From contig OZ316897.1 in the NCBI GenBank assembly GCA_973895155.1, positions 1,204,515 through 1,268,514 on the forward strand: a DNA stretch of 64,000 nt, read 5' to 3'. Position 1 is the first letter of the stretch, and every line of letters begins with the position of its first letter. Source of the DNA: Marsupella aquatica. Taxonomy: Eukaryota; Plantae; Marchantiophyta. The notes beneath the pieces were generated by a model. The model saw only the letters and a list, made by a program, of their open reading frames with translations. It was not told the origin of the DNA and did no database searches. Of the stretch, positions 1-13,394 are shown one piece after another. The position numbers and the translations under genes are program-made.

Positions 1-3000
1 AGAATTCAAGTGGCATTCCAATCAATACACGCCACATTCCAGCGAGCACCCCATGCATTGCATGCTCACGCGGCAAATTAATAACAAGGCCCACGACATC
101 AAAATTGCCAACTAAAATACCCCAATTTTTGGAAATCATCCATGCCAATGTCTGCGGGCCAATTAACCCACCGAGCGGACCATTCCGCTACTTTATGGTA
201 TTAATCGACGCATCAACTAAATGGTCAAATGTGACACTACTTTCAACAAGGAACATGGTTATGCCTCGCATTTTGGCGCAAATCTTGCGCGTGAAAGCAC
301 AATTCCCAGACCACCCCATTAAGACTCTAAGGGTGGACAATGCAGGGGAATTCACATCGGAAACATTTGACGACTTTTGCACATCACTAGGCATCAACGT
401 ACAATATCCTGTACCTCACGTGCATTTCCAGAACGGATTAGCTGAAGCGGTCATTAAATGCCTTCAGTTAATTGCACGCCCATTACTAATGCAGTCAAGA
501 CTTCTCGCCTCAGCATGGGGACACACCATATTACAGGCTAATGCATTAATCCAATACCGCCCATCGGCTTTTAATACCTATAGCCCATACCAAATTGCCA
601 ACGGTATCAAACCTGACCTATCACATCTTTGTTCATTTGGATGTCAAGTAATGGTCCCTATTACTCCACCCAAACGAACCAAGATGGGACCCCAGCGACA
701 GTTGGGGATATACATCGGATTTGACTCACCGTCCATAATCCGATATATAGAGCCTACAACTGGCGACGTTTTTAAAGCCAGATTTCTAGATTGTCATTTT
801 GATGAACACATTTATCCACCATTAATAACCCCTGAACACCCACAACCTCCTTTGGAGTGGGAAAGACACTCGCCATTTTGGCAAGACCTTAGAACAAATC
901 AAGGGGAGAAAGAAGTTCAAAGAATTCTGCAACTCCACAAGATTGTGGAAGAACTTCCTGACGCTTTCGTTGACACATCACAACTTACTCGCTCACATAT
1001 TCCAGCTGCGAGTGCATCTGCTCGCATCGAATTATCAAGTGAGCCAGCAAGTACATCCCAACCTCGTGCAAAATGAGGTAGACCCCTGGGATCAAAAGAT
1101 AAACAACCACGAAGGCGTGGTTCATCTATACCACCTTCACCTGATGTCGATCATACCGAATCTACATCCCATGAAGAGATCTCTATCCACTACGCACACA
1201 CAGGTGCGATGTGGGATAGAAATACTACTTCAATAGATGATGCTTTTGCATTAATGGTTGCAACACATATCACAGACGAAACACCCGAACCAATATCCAT
1301 ATTAGAATGCCAAAATAGACCAGATTGGCCTGAATGGCAAAAAGCTATAAACGGAGAATTAGATTCCCTACTAAGCAGACACACTTTTGGCCCAGTCGAG
1401 CCAACATCGCAAGACGTACACCTCATTGGCTACAAGTGGACATTCGTCCGCAAAAGAAATGATAAAGGCCAAGTTGTACGCTACAAAGCACGTCTGGTAG
1501 GGAAAGGATTTACCCAACAACCGGGAATTCATTACGATGAAACTTACTCACCGGTTATGGATAGCACAACATTCCAATATCTTGTCGGATTTGCCATTTT
1601 CCATCAACTACAGATGCGACAACTGGATGTTGCAACTGCATATCTATATGGCACTTTAGACACTTGTCTATACATGCGATCACCTCCAGAGTTGGAGCAA
1701 CGTCGTCGAGCTTTAGCTCAAGGGGCTAAATCGCATATCCCATATTTACATAAGATTATAACACAATTAACTCAAGTTACACCTCATGTGTCACCTACAC
1801 GTGTAACTTATAATAATGACACCATTGTGTCAATCGTACGGAATACTCACCGTGGACTAGCTATCCGCGTGTTGAAGGCATTATATGGCCTGAAACAAAG
1901 TGGCAGAGTATGGTATCAAAGATTTACCGATGAAATGATTGCCATGGGTTTTTCCCATGATGCCATTACACCATGTTTATTTATTAAACATGTGAATGAT
2001 GAATATGTCATTGTTTCTATTTATATTGATGACTTAAATATATTTGGGACACCCCAACTTACAGAAGATACTATTACCAATCTTAAATCCACATTTGAGA
2101 TGAAAGACCTTAGATATACAAACTTTTGCTTAGGATTACAACTGGAGATCTTACCTACTGGCATGATGCTCCATCAAACAACACAAACTGAAAAGATCCT
2201 AAAACAGTTCAATATGAACCTAGCACACCCATTAACGTCACCAACGGTTGTACGTTCATTAGAAAACACCACTGGTATTTTTCGCAAGCGCGAAGAACAT
2301 GAACCCATATTAGGACCATAAACTCCATATCTTTCTGCAATAGGAGCATTAATGTATCTAGCAAATCAGACTAGACCAGACATTGCATTTGCAGTTAACT
2401 TACTAGCGAGACATAGTGCAACTCCCACAGCCAGACACTGGAACGGAGTTAAGCACATATTTAGGTATCTGCGTGGCACCACCGATACAGGGTTATTTTA
2501 TCCATTCGGTGCAAACCACGAACTCATAGGATACGCGGATGCCGGATATCTTTCCGACACTGACACTGCAAAATCCCAAACCGGATATGTTTTTACTATT
2601 GGGGGTACCACTTTTTCTTGGAAAAGCGTGAAACAGACCTTAACAGCAACCTCATCAAATCACTCAGAAATCTTAGCTCTACATGAGGCTAGTCGTGAAG
2701 CCGTTTGGTTACGATCCTTTATAAACCACATCAACACCAAATGCGGCCTACCACCACTAACGAAGCCTACTAACATTTTTGAGGATAACGCAACATGTAT
2801 ACAGCAGATCATGAAAGGATTCATCAAAGGCGATCGCGTGAAGCACATAGCTCCAAAAATTTTCTACACTCATGAGTTACATGGAAAAGAGATCAACATT
2901 TTGCAGATTTCAAGTGCAGACAACTGTGCGGATCTCTTCACCAAATCACTACCGCCATCAGTTCACCACCGACACTGCCAGGCGATTGGACTACGGAGCG

Positions 3001-3047
3001 TACGAAGCATGATGACCGTGGAGGCTCCTGCTCCACATGATACTTGA
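1..3047 (+). pseudogene. pol: copia pol (integrase, reverse transcriptase, RNase H) with two in-frame nonsense codons
   Basis: ORFs 105-1076, 1209-2321 and 2352-3047 share one frame; TGA 1074-1076 sits in RAK*GRPLGSKDK (CGA>TGA) and TAA at 2319-2321; ADLFTK RNase H motif. Confidence 0.92.
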
Positions 3048-3372
3048 TAATATCGACGACATGATGCTGATGATATGCTGTTGACGACTTACTGATGAGA
3101 CAAATGTTAAAACTAGATTTACTATAGCATCTAACTTTACTTAACATTGACATTTATTACGACGAGGACTGTTAGGCTGCACTCTTTTTCCTTTAGCACT
3201 CATATTTTTCTCTGCTACACTGGTAGAGTTTTTACTAAGCTAGAGTTGATAAAGGTTTTTTAACGAGGCAGTCTACCTCGCTTGTACTTATATAATGTAT
3301 TTCTTATGAACATGATATAATAGGTATAGTCTATGTTGTCTATATAGTTGTCACTATATATCCAAAGGGGAG

Positions 3373-3694
3373 TGTTAGACTCTACCTTGTAGTCGGATGA
3401 CCGGACCAGCCGGTCACCAGACATGACTATATGTACCGCCACTGGCTATTCAGAGATTCATTCCATTCGGATCATTACACTTGAAAAGCAATACATATGT
3501 AAAGATTAGAAAAATATCTGCAAGTGAAAGAAGATGCTAAGGAGACATATAAAAGAGCTTTGCCATGGAGTTGTTGGTATTGGCGCAATCCTGGCCATAC
3601 AATTGTTGTGGTTGTCTTCTGTAACTTGTGTTACACATAAAAATTGGAGAAGCGAGATAGCAACCACCGCATCATAGAGTTTAACCGAGTGACA
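3373..3694 (+). repeat. 3' LTR of the Bianca-like copia (right end approximate)
   Basis: TG start directly after the PPT; TATA-like ATATAAAA near 3547; second LTR not in window to confirm the end. Confidence 0.55.
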
Positions 3695-4515
3695 GGAAAA
3701 ATGTGTTTTTTAATTAAATTTTTCAATTTGTAGAGAAATAAGCATTTTCTGTGATTTGTTTACATTCCATTTCAAAACAATAAAAAGTGTATCCCCATTT
3801 TTCTAAATATAAATACAGTTGATTATTTAAAGTTAACTTATTATCTTGGGTAGGTGCAAGAAGGCTAAATTGTAGTTAGGGTAGACATTTATTTGAAATG
3901 GTGTGTATGGATAAATCTGACAGTGTAAAAAAACAATATTTTGATAAAGGTCTAAGATTGATTCACATTTTTTTTATGAATTTGGAAAAGAACTATTTCA
4001 TCTTCTTGGTAGAATAGGGTATTATATGGGAGACACTCCTTCCCCCTATCATTACATCAAAGATACATTAAAAGGGAAAATTAAATTTTAACTTTTTGAG
4101 AAAGAAAAAAAAACCAAAACTACAAAATTCCCTTCCCACTAATAAATATATTGTTCAAAATTATCTAAACCCATTTAGATGGAGAGTATTTCTAATTATA
4201 CATCTATTTCCTTCCAATAACACAAACCAGTATGTGGGTCCAGTTGGGATTTGCTACCACCATGTCTATCATTGTTTAAGTACCCTCTCCATTAGAACAT
4301 TGCCTTATCACAACACTGCCCACAACATTGCCAAAAGAATTACATAGAAATTCATATATATATATTTATTTTAATGTGTCAAGTGAACAGTTGCAACCCT
4401 TCAATTAATAAATTTTTGATTCATAGAAAGAGTAGGTCAGGTTTCATTTACTTATTCTCTCTTTCCCACATTCATTGATTGATCTTCAGCATCTTCCTAT
4501 GCAAATTAAGGTATG

Positions 4516-4839
4516 TGTGGGGAGAAATTAGATCAGGAAATACACTCCAAACATACACGTGCTCAATAGTTACGTGGTTTGCCTCAAGGTTGGCTACGTC
4601 CACGGGAAGACCAAGCTTTATTAACGGTTATGTGTCTACTCAAGCATCACCATAGCTCCCATCTCTTCAAGCTCTCATCTCTTGCTATATCACTGTGTTC
4701 TCTCTTGAGAACTCTCTTGTATGTTCTCACACCACATACAAGTTGAAGAGATAAGGACCAATCTCTTCAACTAGGGTTTACTCTAACCCTAGTTAACATA
4801 CTAACCATAGTTCAACCCAAGACTGAGTTAACCTCTACA
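4516..4839 (-). repeat. 3' LTR of copia element
   Basis: Direct repeat of 9736-10059, offset 5220. Confidence 0.96.
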
Positions 4840-5033
4840 AACTCCCCCTTGACTCACGTCTTGGGAGGGTTCATAACATTGTCTTTTCCTTACAAGTTCC
4901 TCCGCGGGAAGTTCAAGACAGTAGGGCCAAAAGACCCTCCCCCTAATGCAAGGGTTAACTAGAACTAAGCCGTAGCCGATAAGCCATCGGATGGAGTACT
5001 CATATAGAGACATTTTCTTGGTTAACTCTATAT

Positions 5034-8000
5034 TTACAATATTTGTAAATAATTACAATGCCTTGAAAAACTATTGGAGTCTAATACTTTGGTAAAAGCA
5101 TCCGCTGGATTAAGCTTTCCATCAATCTTGACAAGCTCAAATTCATCATCCGATAATGCCTGTCGAATGAAATGATAGCGGAGATCAATGTGCTTTACCC
5201 TGCCATCTATCACCTGATTCTTGGCAGTGTAAATTGCACTTTGACTGTCACAATGAAGATATGCACACTCTTGTGATAAACCCATCTCCGTGACAAGCTT
5301 TTTCAACCAAATGGTCTCTGATGCTGCTTCTGCTGCTGCTACATACTCGGTATCCATAGTAGACTTTGCAACACACTTTTGGAGAGTAGACTTCCAACTA
5401 ATGCATCCACCAGCAAGTGTAAATACATATCCAGTTGTCGATCTCTTCTTATCCAGATCACCTGCGTAGTCTGCATCCACATAACCTTGAAGCACTTTCA
5501 TATTGTTTGAACTTGCATCAAACAATAAACCCTTCTTAGTGGAACCTCTGATATAGCGCAAAATCCATTTCACTGCTTCCCAATAAACTTTTCCTGAATT
5601 TGCCATGTATCTGCTTACCTTGCTAACGGCATAAGCTATGTCTGGTCGGGTGCATACCATGAGATACATTAAACTACCCACAGCACTTTCGTAAGGAACT
5701 TTGGACATCAAACTTTTTCCTGTCGCATTCGATGGACAAAATGCTGCAGAAATATTGAAATGCCTTGCCAAAGGAACACTCTCAGCCTTAGCATCTGCCA
5801 TGTTGAATTTTGAGAGTACCTTCTTTGCATATCTTTTTTGCGTCAGCCAAAGTTTGGCTTTGTTAACATCCCTGACAATCTCCATGCCTAGGATCCTCTT
5901 GGCTGTGCCCAAATCCTTCATCTTAAACTCAAAACTGAGTTGGGCCTTAAGCTTATCAATTTTGCCCCTATCTTGTGCTGCAATGAGCATGTCATCCACA
6001 TAAAGTACAAGGATGACAAGCTTAAAACCTGTGTTGTTCGCACGCCTGATGTAAACACATGGATCGTACACGCTTCGCACAAATCCAAGCGATTTCAAAA
6101 ATTCATCAAAATGCTTGTTCCATTGCCTTGGGCTCTGCTTTAATCCATACAAGGATTTTAGCAACCTGCATACCAAATTTTCCTTGCCCTTTTTGCACAA
6201 AACCCTCTGGTTGTCTCATGTAAATCACCTCATCCAACGATCCATATAAGAATGTCGTGACAACATCCATTTGATCTAAAACTAGATCAAATAAAACTAC
6301 AAGAGCACATAGCAAACGTATTGTTGAATACTTTGCTACGGGTGAAAAAACCTCATTGTAGTCTATACCTTTCTGTTGAGTAAAACCCTTGGCTACCAAC
6401 CGAGCCTTAAATATCTTCTCAGCATCCTCTGTGGGTCCATCTTTCTTCCTATACACCCACTTGCTGTCAACAGCCTGCTTGTCACTAGGTAGACTTGTGA
6501 GTTCCCAAGTCTTGTTATCATGAAGTGATTTCATTTCCATGCGCATCGCCACCTGCCACTGTTGCTTCTCCATAGAAGCTAGGACCTCTTGAAATGAGGA
6601 TGGATCTCCATCTTCTATCACCAATGCATCAATAGATTCTTCATCCAAATCCAGATCAGAAGGAAGCCAAGTTCCATACCTTTCCCGGGCTTGACGTTTT
6701 CGAGTTCCTCTTCGCATTGAAGACTCTGGCTGATCTGATTGTGGTGTGCTTTGCCTTACAGTGGTGTCAACATATTCGTTATCTGACACATCCTTTCCCC
6801 TTATATGCACAATACGTGTTGAACTTGCCAGAGGTGTATTCACCACCATTATCTGATCATAGATGTCTCACATTCTTTGCAGTCTGTGTCTCAACTTGAG
6901 CTACCCATTGTTTGAAGATGGAAAGCACTTCAAACTTATGGGCAATGAAATAAATCCAAACAAACCTTGAGTAATCATTGATATACGATACATAGTATTG
7001 TTTGCCTGAATGTGAGGAAACCGGAGCAAGACCCCACACATCGGAATGAATATACTCAAGTACAATTTTAGAATGATGAATGGTAGTCGGAAATGGAGTT
7101 CTTGTTTTCTTGCCAACAATGCAATGATCACAAAAACTCAACTTGCATGCTTGCAATCCTGGTAGGAGATGTCGCTTGTGTAGGATTTCCAAACTTTTTT
7201 CACTCATGTGACCAAGCTGAGCATGCCATAAATTGATTTTCTCCTCCTGAGATGTGACCAAATTGACTTCGGCAAGAAGTGTGGTCCCTTCCAAGACATA
7301 GATGTTTCTTTTCCTCTTGCCAATAAGAACTTCAGTTGATCCATGCGTGACTGTTAACACCCCATCAGTTGCACTCCATTGATAACCCTTCGCATCCAAG
7401 TAGCCAAGAGAAATCAAATTCTTACACATTTCTGGAATGTGTCTGACATTTGATAGAGTACAGTAGTTGCCATTGGGTAGTTGAATCTTTACGGATCCAA
7501 TCCCTAAAACTTTGCAAGAATGATTATTTCCCATCAAAACAGATCTGTTGATAGGAGTGTAGGATGAGAAAAGTTCACGCATATAGCACATGTGATACAA
7601 GCAAGCGGAATCCAAGATCCATTGACAATCCTCAACTTGGGAAGTGGTACACAATGCAAATCCTTCACTATCATCTTCTCGAACAACTACTTGGGCTGAA
7701 GAACCGACAACTTCCTTGAATGTGTCTTTGACGCAACAATCCTTCTTCATGTGGCCCACTTTGTCACACTTCCAACACTTTATCTCACGAGTAGACTTGG
7801 ATGGTGATTTGGATTGAGATCTAGATCTGGATCTAAACCTCCTCCTACCAAAAGATCGGTCGTGAAACCTTCCTCGCTCCATGGGAAGTGGGTAAAACCT
7901 TTTGTTTTCATGAGATGGCTCCCTTGATTTGCCTCTTTCTACCAACAGTGTTGTTGATGATGAGGTTGAGATAGGATGAGCTGAAGAAACCAACTTAGAC

Positions 8001-8533
8001 TGCATGTCATCGGTCAATAGGGCACTCACCACATCATTGTAGGATATAGTTGTCTTATCACGGAATAGAAGAACTCGAGACAAAGATTGGTACAAATGTG
8101 GTAGTGAGCTCAAGAGTTGTAAGGCTTTCTTTTCTTCGCTCAAATGCTCCCCCAAATTCTCTAGGTCAACCACAAGATCATTGAACTGATCGATATGATC
8201 TTGAATCTTGACTCCATCAGCCATTTTGAATTGCATGAGCTTCAGGCTTGCATACATTCGGTTTGACATCTCCTTCTTGTAGTACTTGTTGCGCAATGCT
8301 TGAAACAAGTCCGTCACCGTCTGTGTTGCTTTTTCCTCGAACTGCTTCTTCACATTGTTTTTCAGGTACATGCCAACAATACTTACCGCTTGATCCTGGA
8401 GATCATGCCAATCATCATCTTCCATCTCCTTGGGTTGAGATCTTAGTACCTTGCCTAGGCCCATCGCCCTAAGTGCATCCCTCACGTTACGTTCCCACAT
8501 TGTATAGTCCATCCGAACATCAAATTTTTCCAC
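5034..8533 (-). pseudogene. copia gag-pol (gag, zinc knuckle, protease, truncated integrase, RT, RNase H)
   Basis: CWKCDKVGHMKKDC knuckle; WILDSA protease; HHCC of integrase; stop at 6857 in RHL*SDNGGEY, then loss of the rest of the integrase core; frameshift near 6200; YVDDML; ADAFTK. Confidence 0.92.
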
Positions 8534-9721
8534 CTCAAACCTTTGACCTCCAATCCTAGTAGTGCCATCGCTGGAATGCCAAATGTAGTGTGGAGTCGCC
8601 TTTCAACAAGAAATAAATGTCGAATGCTCAGATGTGGGGTGTGAAAATAAGGCCAAAATTGAAAGTTGGTGAATTTTGAAACTGATCACTCCTATATGTA
8701 GCCCACAAGGTAACGCTCCAAATTCTGAAAACGGTTTGTCAAATGGACTCTCGAGTGCCGAGAATTTTTACTCCGACCGGAGGGGGTAAAAGATAAAATA
8801 ATTACCCCTCGAGGGAATCTCTTATGCCAAAGATTCCACTAGTATACTTTTTCAGAATTGAACGCACCAATACTTGCCTAGCTTCCCCAAGTACGCCTCT
8901 CCAAAAGTTGAAGTTGATCCGATTTTATTTGCCGCTCGGAATCTTTGACCTTCGATAAAAATTTAAGCCTCTAGAAAAGAATCTTTTTGAGAAATTTCGT
9001 CCGCCCTTGTACAGCCCCTGTGGGGGACTTCACAGGGGGCACTTCCCCCTGCCCGAGCCCTGTCGAGCCCTAAAAGGCCTCCTCGAAGTTTTCGACATCC
9101 TCGCACGTCCGCGGAAGTCGCGACTACTCGCGGTAGAAAGTACCCTGGGCGGATTCACTCAAATTCCCGTCTCAGTTTTTGACGAAATCCAATTCTGATT
9201 TCAGATTCAGAAACTAGACTTTGAGGGCATCAAGATTGATATAAAGAACTCGCAAAACGGTGGAGTAATGAGGGAGAAACAATTCGGTGAAAGTGACTGA
9301 TATTAAGTTATCCGCCATAGCCAAATTTCGAGCTCAAAAAATGAGAATTGAAATTAAGATTGCTTCTCAATCGATTGACAGAATTCAACGATGTTAATAT
9401 CGAAACGTCTAGAAAGACAAGGCGCTCAAGCGTATCTCAGTTTCAAGTCCCGATAGAACAATCAAAAAGACTGATCTGAGAAATTGACCTTATCTCTTGC
9501 CCGATAACGTAAATTGAAAACCGTCACTTACAATTGTTTCTGTTTCTGACCTCAGGCCTTCATTGCTTCACTGAAATGAGCCCCTGGTTGTGTGCTCCAC
9601 ACTTGTGAGAAGATTGAGTCCGATCTTCTTTCAATAGCTCCACTTTGAAGAGAAAATCATCCGCTATTCGCTTTGCTTGAAGCAAGTTCTATGGAGTTCC
9701 TAATCGACTGAAAAAATCTGA

Positions 9722-9733
9722 GCTCTAATACCA
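9722..9733 (-). promoter_or_regulatory. Primer binding site, initiator tRNA-Met type
   Basis: TGGTATTAGAGC on minus, 2 nt from the LTR; one mismatch to canonical TGGTATCAGAGC. Confidence 0.85.
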
Positions 9734-9735
9734 AT

Positions 9736-10059
9736 TGTGGGGAGAAATCAGATCAGGAAATACACTCCAAACATACACGTGCTCAATAGTTACGTGGTTT
9801 GCCTCAAGGTTGGCTACGTCCACGGGAAGACCAAGCTTTATTAACGGTTATGTGTCTACTCAAGCATCACCATAGCTCCCATCTCTTCAAGCTCTCATCT
9901 CTTGCTATATCACTGTGTTCTCTCTTGAGAACTCTCTTGTATGTTCTCACACCACATACAAGTTGAAGAGATAAGGACCAATCTCTTCAACTAGGGTTTA
10001 CTCTAACCCTAGTTAACATACTAACCATAGTTCAACCCAAGACTGAGTTAACCTCTACA
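9736..10059 (-). repeat. 5' LTR of copia element
   Basis: Direct repeat of 4516-4839; followed on minus by the PBS. Confidence 0.96.
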
Positions 10060-10797
10060 GTATGCCCATCAATAATCTTCCAAATGTCTGAAAATTATGG
10101 ATGTTGATTGAACATATCATGATGGATGTGTGCCTTGCTCAGTCCAGAAAATATGACTGACTTGATTTTGAATTTGTTTATTGACTTCATTATTGTTTAT
10201 GTGGGAGTTGAGAGACAAATGTGGCTTGATTGGTCCTGAACCTTTGGCGGTTATGACTGGATTGACTAACAATGCTCATGGTGGGATATTGGTTGGTATT
10301 TTGCAGAGCTTCTCAATTTGTTGAGGTTGTTGATAATATTAGAGATGTTGCTAACAAGATATCTGATCGAAAGCTATTTGTGGGGAGACTTCTTCACAAG
10401 CTTTGTGTGATGTGAGTGTAATTATGGATTGCCTGCCTAAATAGGTGTTAATAAACATTGTTTGAGAGTGGACCAAAAATGAACAATTCTTTCTTTTGTT
10501 GGTCTGAATTTTGTAGATTTGAGGGCTAGTTTCAATTGGATTTGTACCCTCACATTTTCTTCAGGTTCAACCGATAAGAAAGTATCTTTGCACTAGTCAT
10601 GCTTCCCTAGAATATACCTTTGTTCTCACCATGAGGCCCCTCAAGAAAGAACTCATTTTTGTTGGCTGCATGCTTTGGGCAGGGATATTAATTAGGACGT
10701 AGGAAGATGTGAGGGTTTAGATGAAATAAATGTTCTAGATGAGGAGAATACCCTTCTATAGATGTTTGCACCTCTCAAGAAATTATGAATAAAAAAT

Positions 10798-10866
10798 GTT
10801 ACAACTTAAGGCATTCTGATACACACATCCGCAAGGGTCGGTGTATTGTTTGACCCCAATTGTGAC
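10798..10866 (+). repeat. Solitary copy of the GNRA-capped hairpin unit also found at 19782-20068
   Basis: GTTACA..AAGGCATTCTGATACACACATCCGCAAGGGTCGGTGTATTGTTTGACC..TGTGAC matches the tandem units. Confidence 0.85.
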
Positions 10867-10887
10867 CTTAACATCAATAAATTGGAA

Positions 10888-11409
10888 CAGCTTTTTATTA
10901 TACTACCCCCAAAACTGGTAGTTATTAGGATACTGCCCCCAAAACTAATATATTTAGTATACTACCCCCCAAACCGTATCACATCACTTTTAACCCGAGT
11001 ACTTGACCATTGCTGTGTTCCGATTGGCCAAAAAGTAACCATAGCCGATGACCAACCTTACCACAGTATCATCTTCACCCGGGCTCAAGGTGCAACCGTG
11101 TTTGATCAGTGTGTATGGGGTCAAAAGTGCCGCGCTCGCATTGGGGATTGCGGCCTGAAGTGGTTCTGACCCCATACACAGTGATCGAACACAGTTGCAC
11201 CTTGGGCCCGGGCGAAGAAGATATTGCAATAAGGTTGACCTTAGGTCATCAACTATGGTTACTTTTTGGCCAATCGGAACACAGCAGTGATCAAGTACTC
11301 GGGTTAAAAGTGATGGGATACGGTTTGGGGGGCAGTATACTAAATATTTTAGTTTTGGGGGCAGTATCTTAATAACTACTAGTTTGGGGGGTAGTTTAGT
11401 AAAAAGCTG
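10888..11409. mobile_element. Mutator-like foldback MITE
   Basis: ~235-bp imperfect inverted arms (CAGCTTTTTATTATACTACCCCC.. / ..GGGGGTAGTTTAGTAAAAAGCTG) with a short spacer; 10-bp TSD TAAATTGGAA at 10878-10887 and 11410-11419. Confidence 0.88.
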
Positions 11410-12073
11410 TAAATTGGAAACATCAATAAATTGCAAACTGTTGTCATTTCAAATAAAATTATCATTTCTATCAGCTGGACTCTAAAATTGGCATTACTTG
11501 TTTTGTGGGTACAAATAACATTTGAGGAAGGTGATTATTGGGATTAATTTAGGGTTAAGATGGGACAACATTTCCTGGATGGCCATAATCATAAAGGTTA
11601 GCAAAGTAATTTCATTGTTAATTTACACTCAGGCTGTGTGGTATCTTTCAACTTTTGCTTACAATTTGATTGGCATTTTGGGCTTTGTTTGCCTATTGTG
11701 CCCCCCTTCCAAAATAGTAATTATTTTTTTCTAAATATTTGCAAAAGGCCTGAACAAAGGGGTCAAGGTGTGGCTGGGTTTTAGTCAACCCATCATTTCT
11801 TTGTTAACATGTTTTAGACAAACCCGTACTATCCAATTGCTCACCTGGCCTCCTTAATTTGTGTGTGAGGGCTCTTCCCATCTTTGCTAGCCTACTACCG
11901 CCATCCAATTCAACCATAAAAGAGCTTTGGACGAACGTTTTCTCTAACCTGCTCCCAAAACTGATATACGCAAACAATATCCAGAACCAACATTGTACAT
12001 CTATGGGGGCTTAAATTCTTCAGGGTTCCAAGAACACTAGAGAAAATTAGACTCCATAATCCTATATATAACA

Positions 12074-12345
12074 TTGACAAGATGCTTAGATGGGCTCACA
12101 AAACCAGATTATCAGGGTTCTATGATTCCATAGGGGCATCTTGTCAACCTTTGTGTCTATGAGTGATAATCCACTTCATCAAACTATGCTCTTTAACACA
12201 ATTTATAATTTCTATACTTACTTTTGACAAGATGCTTACATGGACTCATAGCACCAAATTTTCCCCGTGCTGCGATTCCATGGGGGCATGTTGTCAAACC
12301 TTTGTGTCGATGGGTGATAATACACACATCAAACTGTCGTATGCT
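12074..12345 (+). repeat. Tandem 150-bp repeat, each unit containing a ~74-nt hairpin
   Basis: TTGACAAGATGC..GCAT(C/G)TTGTCAA at 12074-12147 and 12224-12297. Confidence 0.8.
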
Positions 12346-13394
12346 AACAAAAGCAAATATCATCGAATATATGCTAAAAACTCGGTGTTCGTTCCCTTGG
12401 AAGAACAAGAATGGAATGAAAAGATGTTTAAAAGTGTTTTGAGTGGTTTAGAGATGGTACTCAACATCTATAAGAAAAATGGGATCTTAAACAAAACACA
12501 GGCAATTAACAAAATAAGAACAAAAGTGACATTTGCTGAACAATAGAATCTTAGAGCTTTTAGAGGTATAGCTTAGCAATATTTAACTCTGTCACCATGT
12601 CTTAAGAAAGAAGTATGGCATTATTTAAGACGTTGATAAGTTAAACATAACCTTGCCATAACTGCTCTCTAGGTTTCTATCATAAATCTAAGTTTAAGAA
12701 GTGTTTATGCTCACAAAACCCAAGATAAGTTTCGGATTGTGTGTATAGTAGTGTGTCATTAAAATGCCGGCAACATGTTTCCTTCTTCAGCGATGCGCAA
12801 TTCCAAAGGAAAACTAATGCACATTCAGTATACCACAATGGTACTTCAAATCCGTGAATTAAGAATGTCGCTACTTCTTAATCATATAGATTTCTATTTC
12901 TTGATTTCATGCAATACTTATCTTCCAAAGATAAGTTCTTCATGTAAATACAGAAATGGACAACAAATGTTGTAGTTTGGATTAGGCACCGACCAACGGA
13001 TCTTCTAATACATTCCACAAACTGTATTTTTATGGGTTTTACTTCTTACGGTAATTGCAACATGCATTACCATACGAAGGAGGGGTAGACTCCTAGCACA
13101 AGTAATCAAATTCCAAGGTATGCAAATCTTCCTTGCAAAATTGCATTACACGTACAAGGGACAAAACTCCAAGATGAGGAGATGCAAATAACTATCCACA
13201 CTGTCTCAAAAGGAGACTGGTATCACAATAAGTACATGAGATCCCCGACGGGCTAAGGAGAATGAAGAGACATGCCTCTTCATTTCCTAAGTCTAAACTA
13301 AGTAAAATAAAAGTCAGATTTGACTAAGAGATAGTCAAATAATCAAAACTAGAATAAACTAAATAAAAATAAGTCTACAAACTAAGTACTATCC

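Larger units (their letters stand above)
1..3694 (+). mobile_element. Ty1/copia LTR retrotransposon, Bianca-like, 5' part outside window
   Basis: INT-RT-RNaseH order; motifs GPINPPSGPFRYFMVLIDAST, YIDDL, SSNHSEILALHEASRE resemble the Bianca lineage; PPT AAAGGGGAG 3364-3372 then TGTTAG LTR start at 3373; LTR end at ...GTGACA 3694 is tentative. Confidence 0.88.
4516..10059 (-). mobile_element. Ty1/copia LTR retrotransposon with both LTRs, internally deleted
   Basis: LTRs 4516-4839 and 9736-10059 (324 bp, TG..CA, one mismatch seen); TSD GTATG at 4511-4515 and 10060-10064; PBS TGGTATTAGAGC (tRNA-iMet type); PPT AAGGGGGAGTT 4840-4850 on minus. Confidence 0.96.

Noticed and set aside
10846-11436. 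ORFs on both strands with PPKL repeats
   Set aside because: They arise from the inverted arms of the foldback MITE
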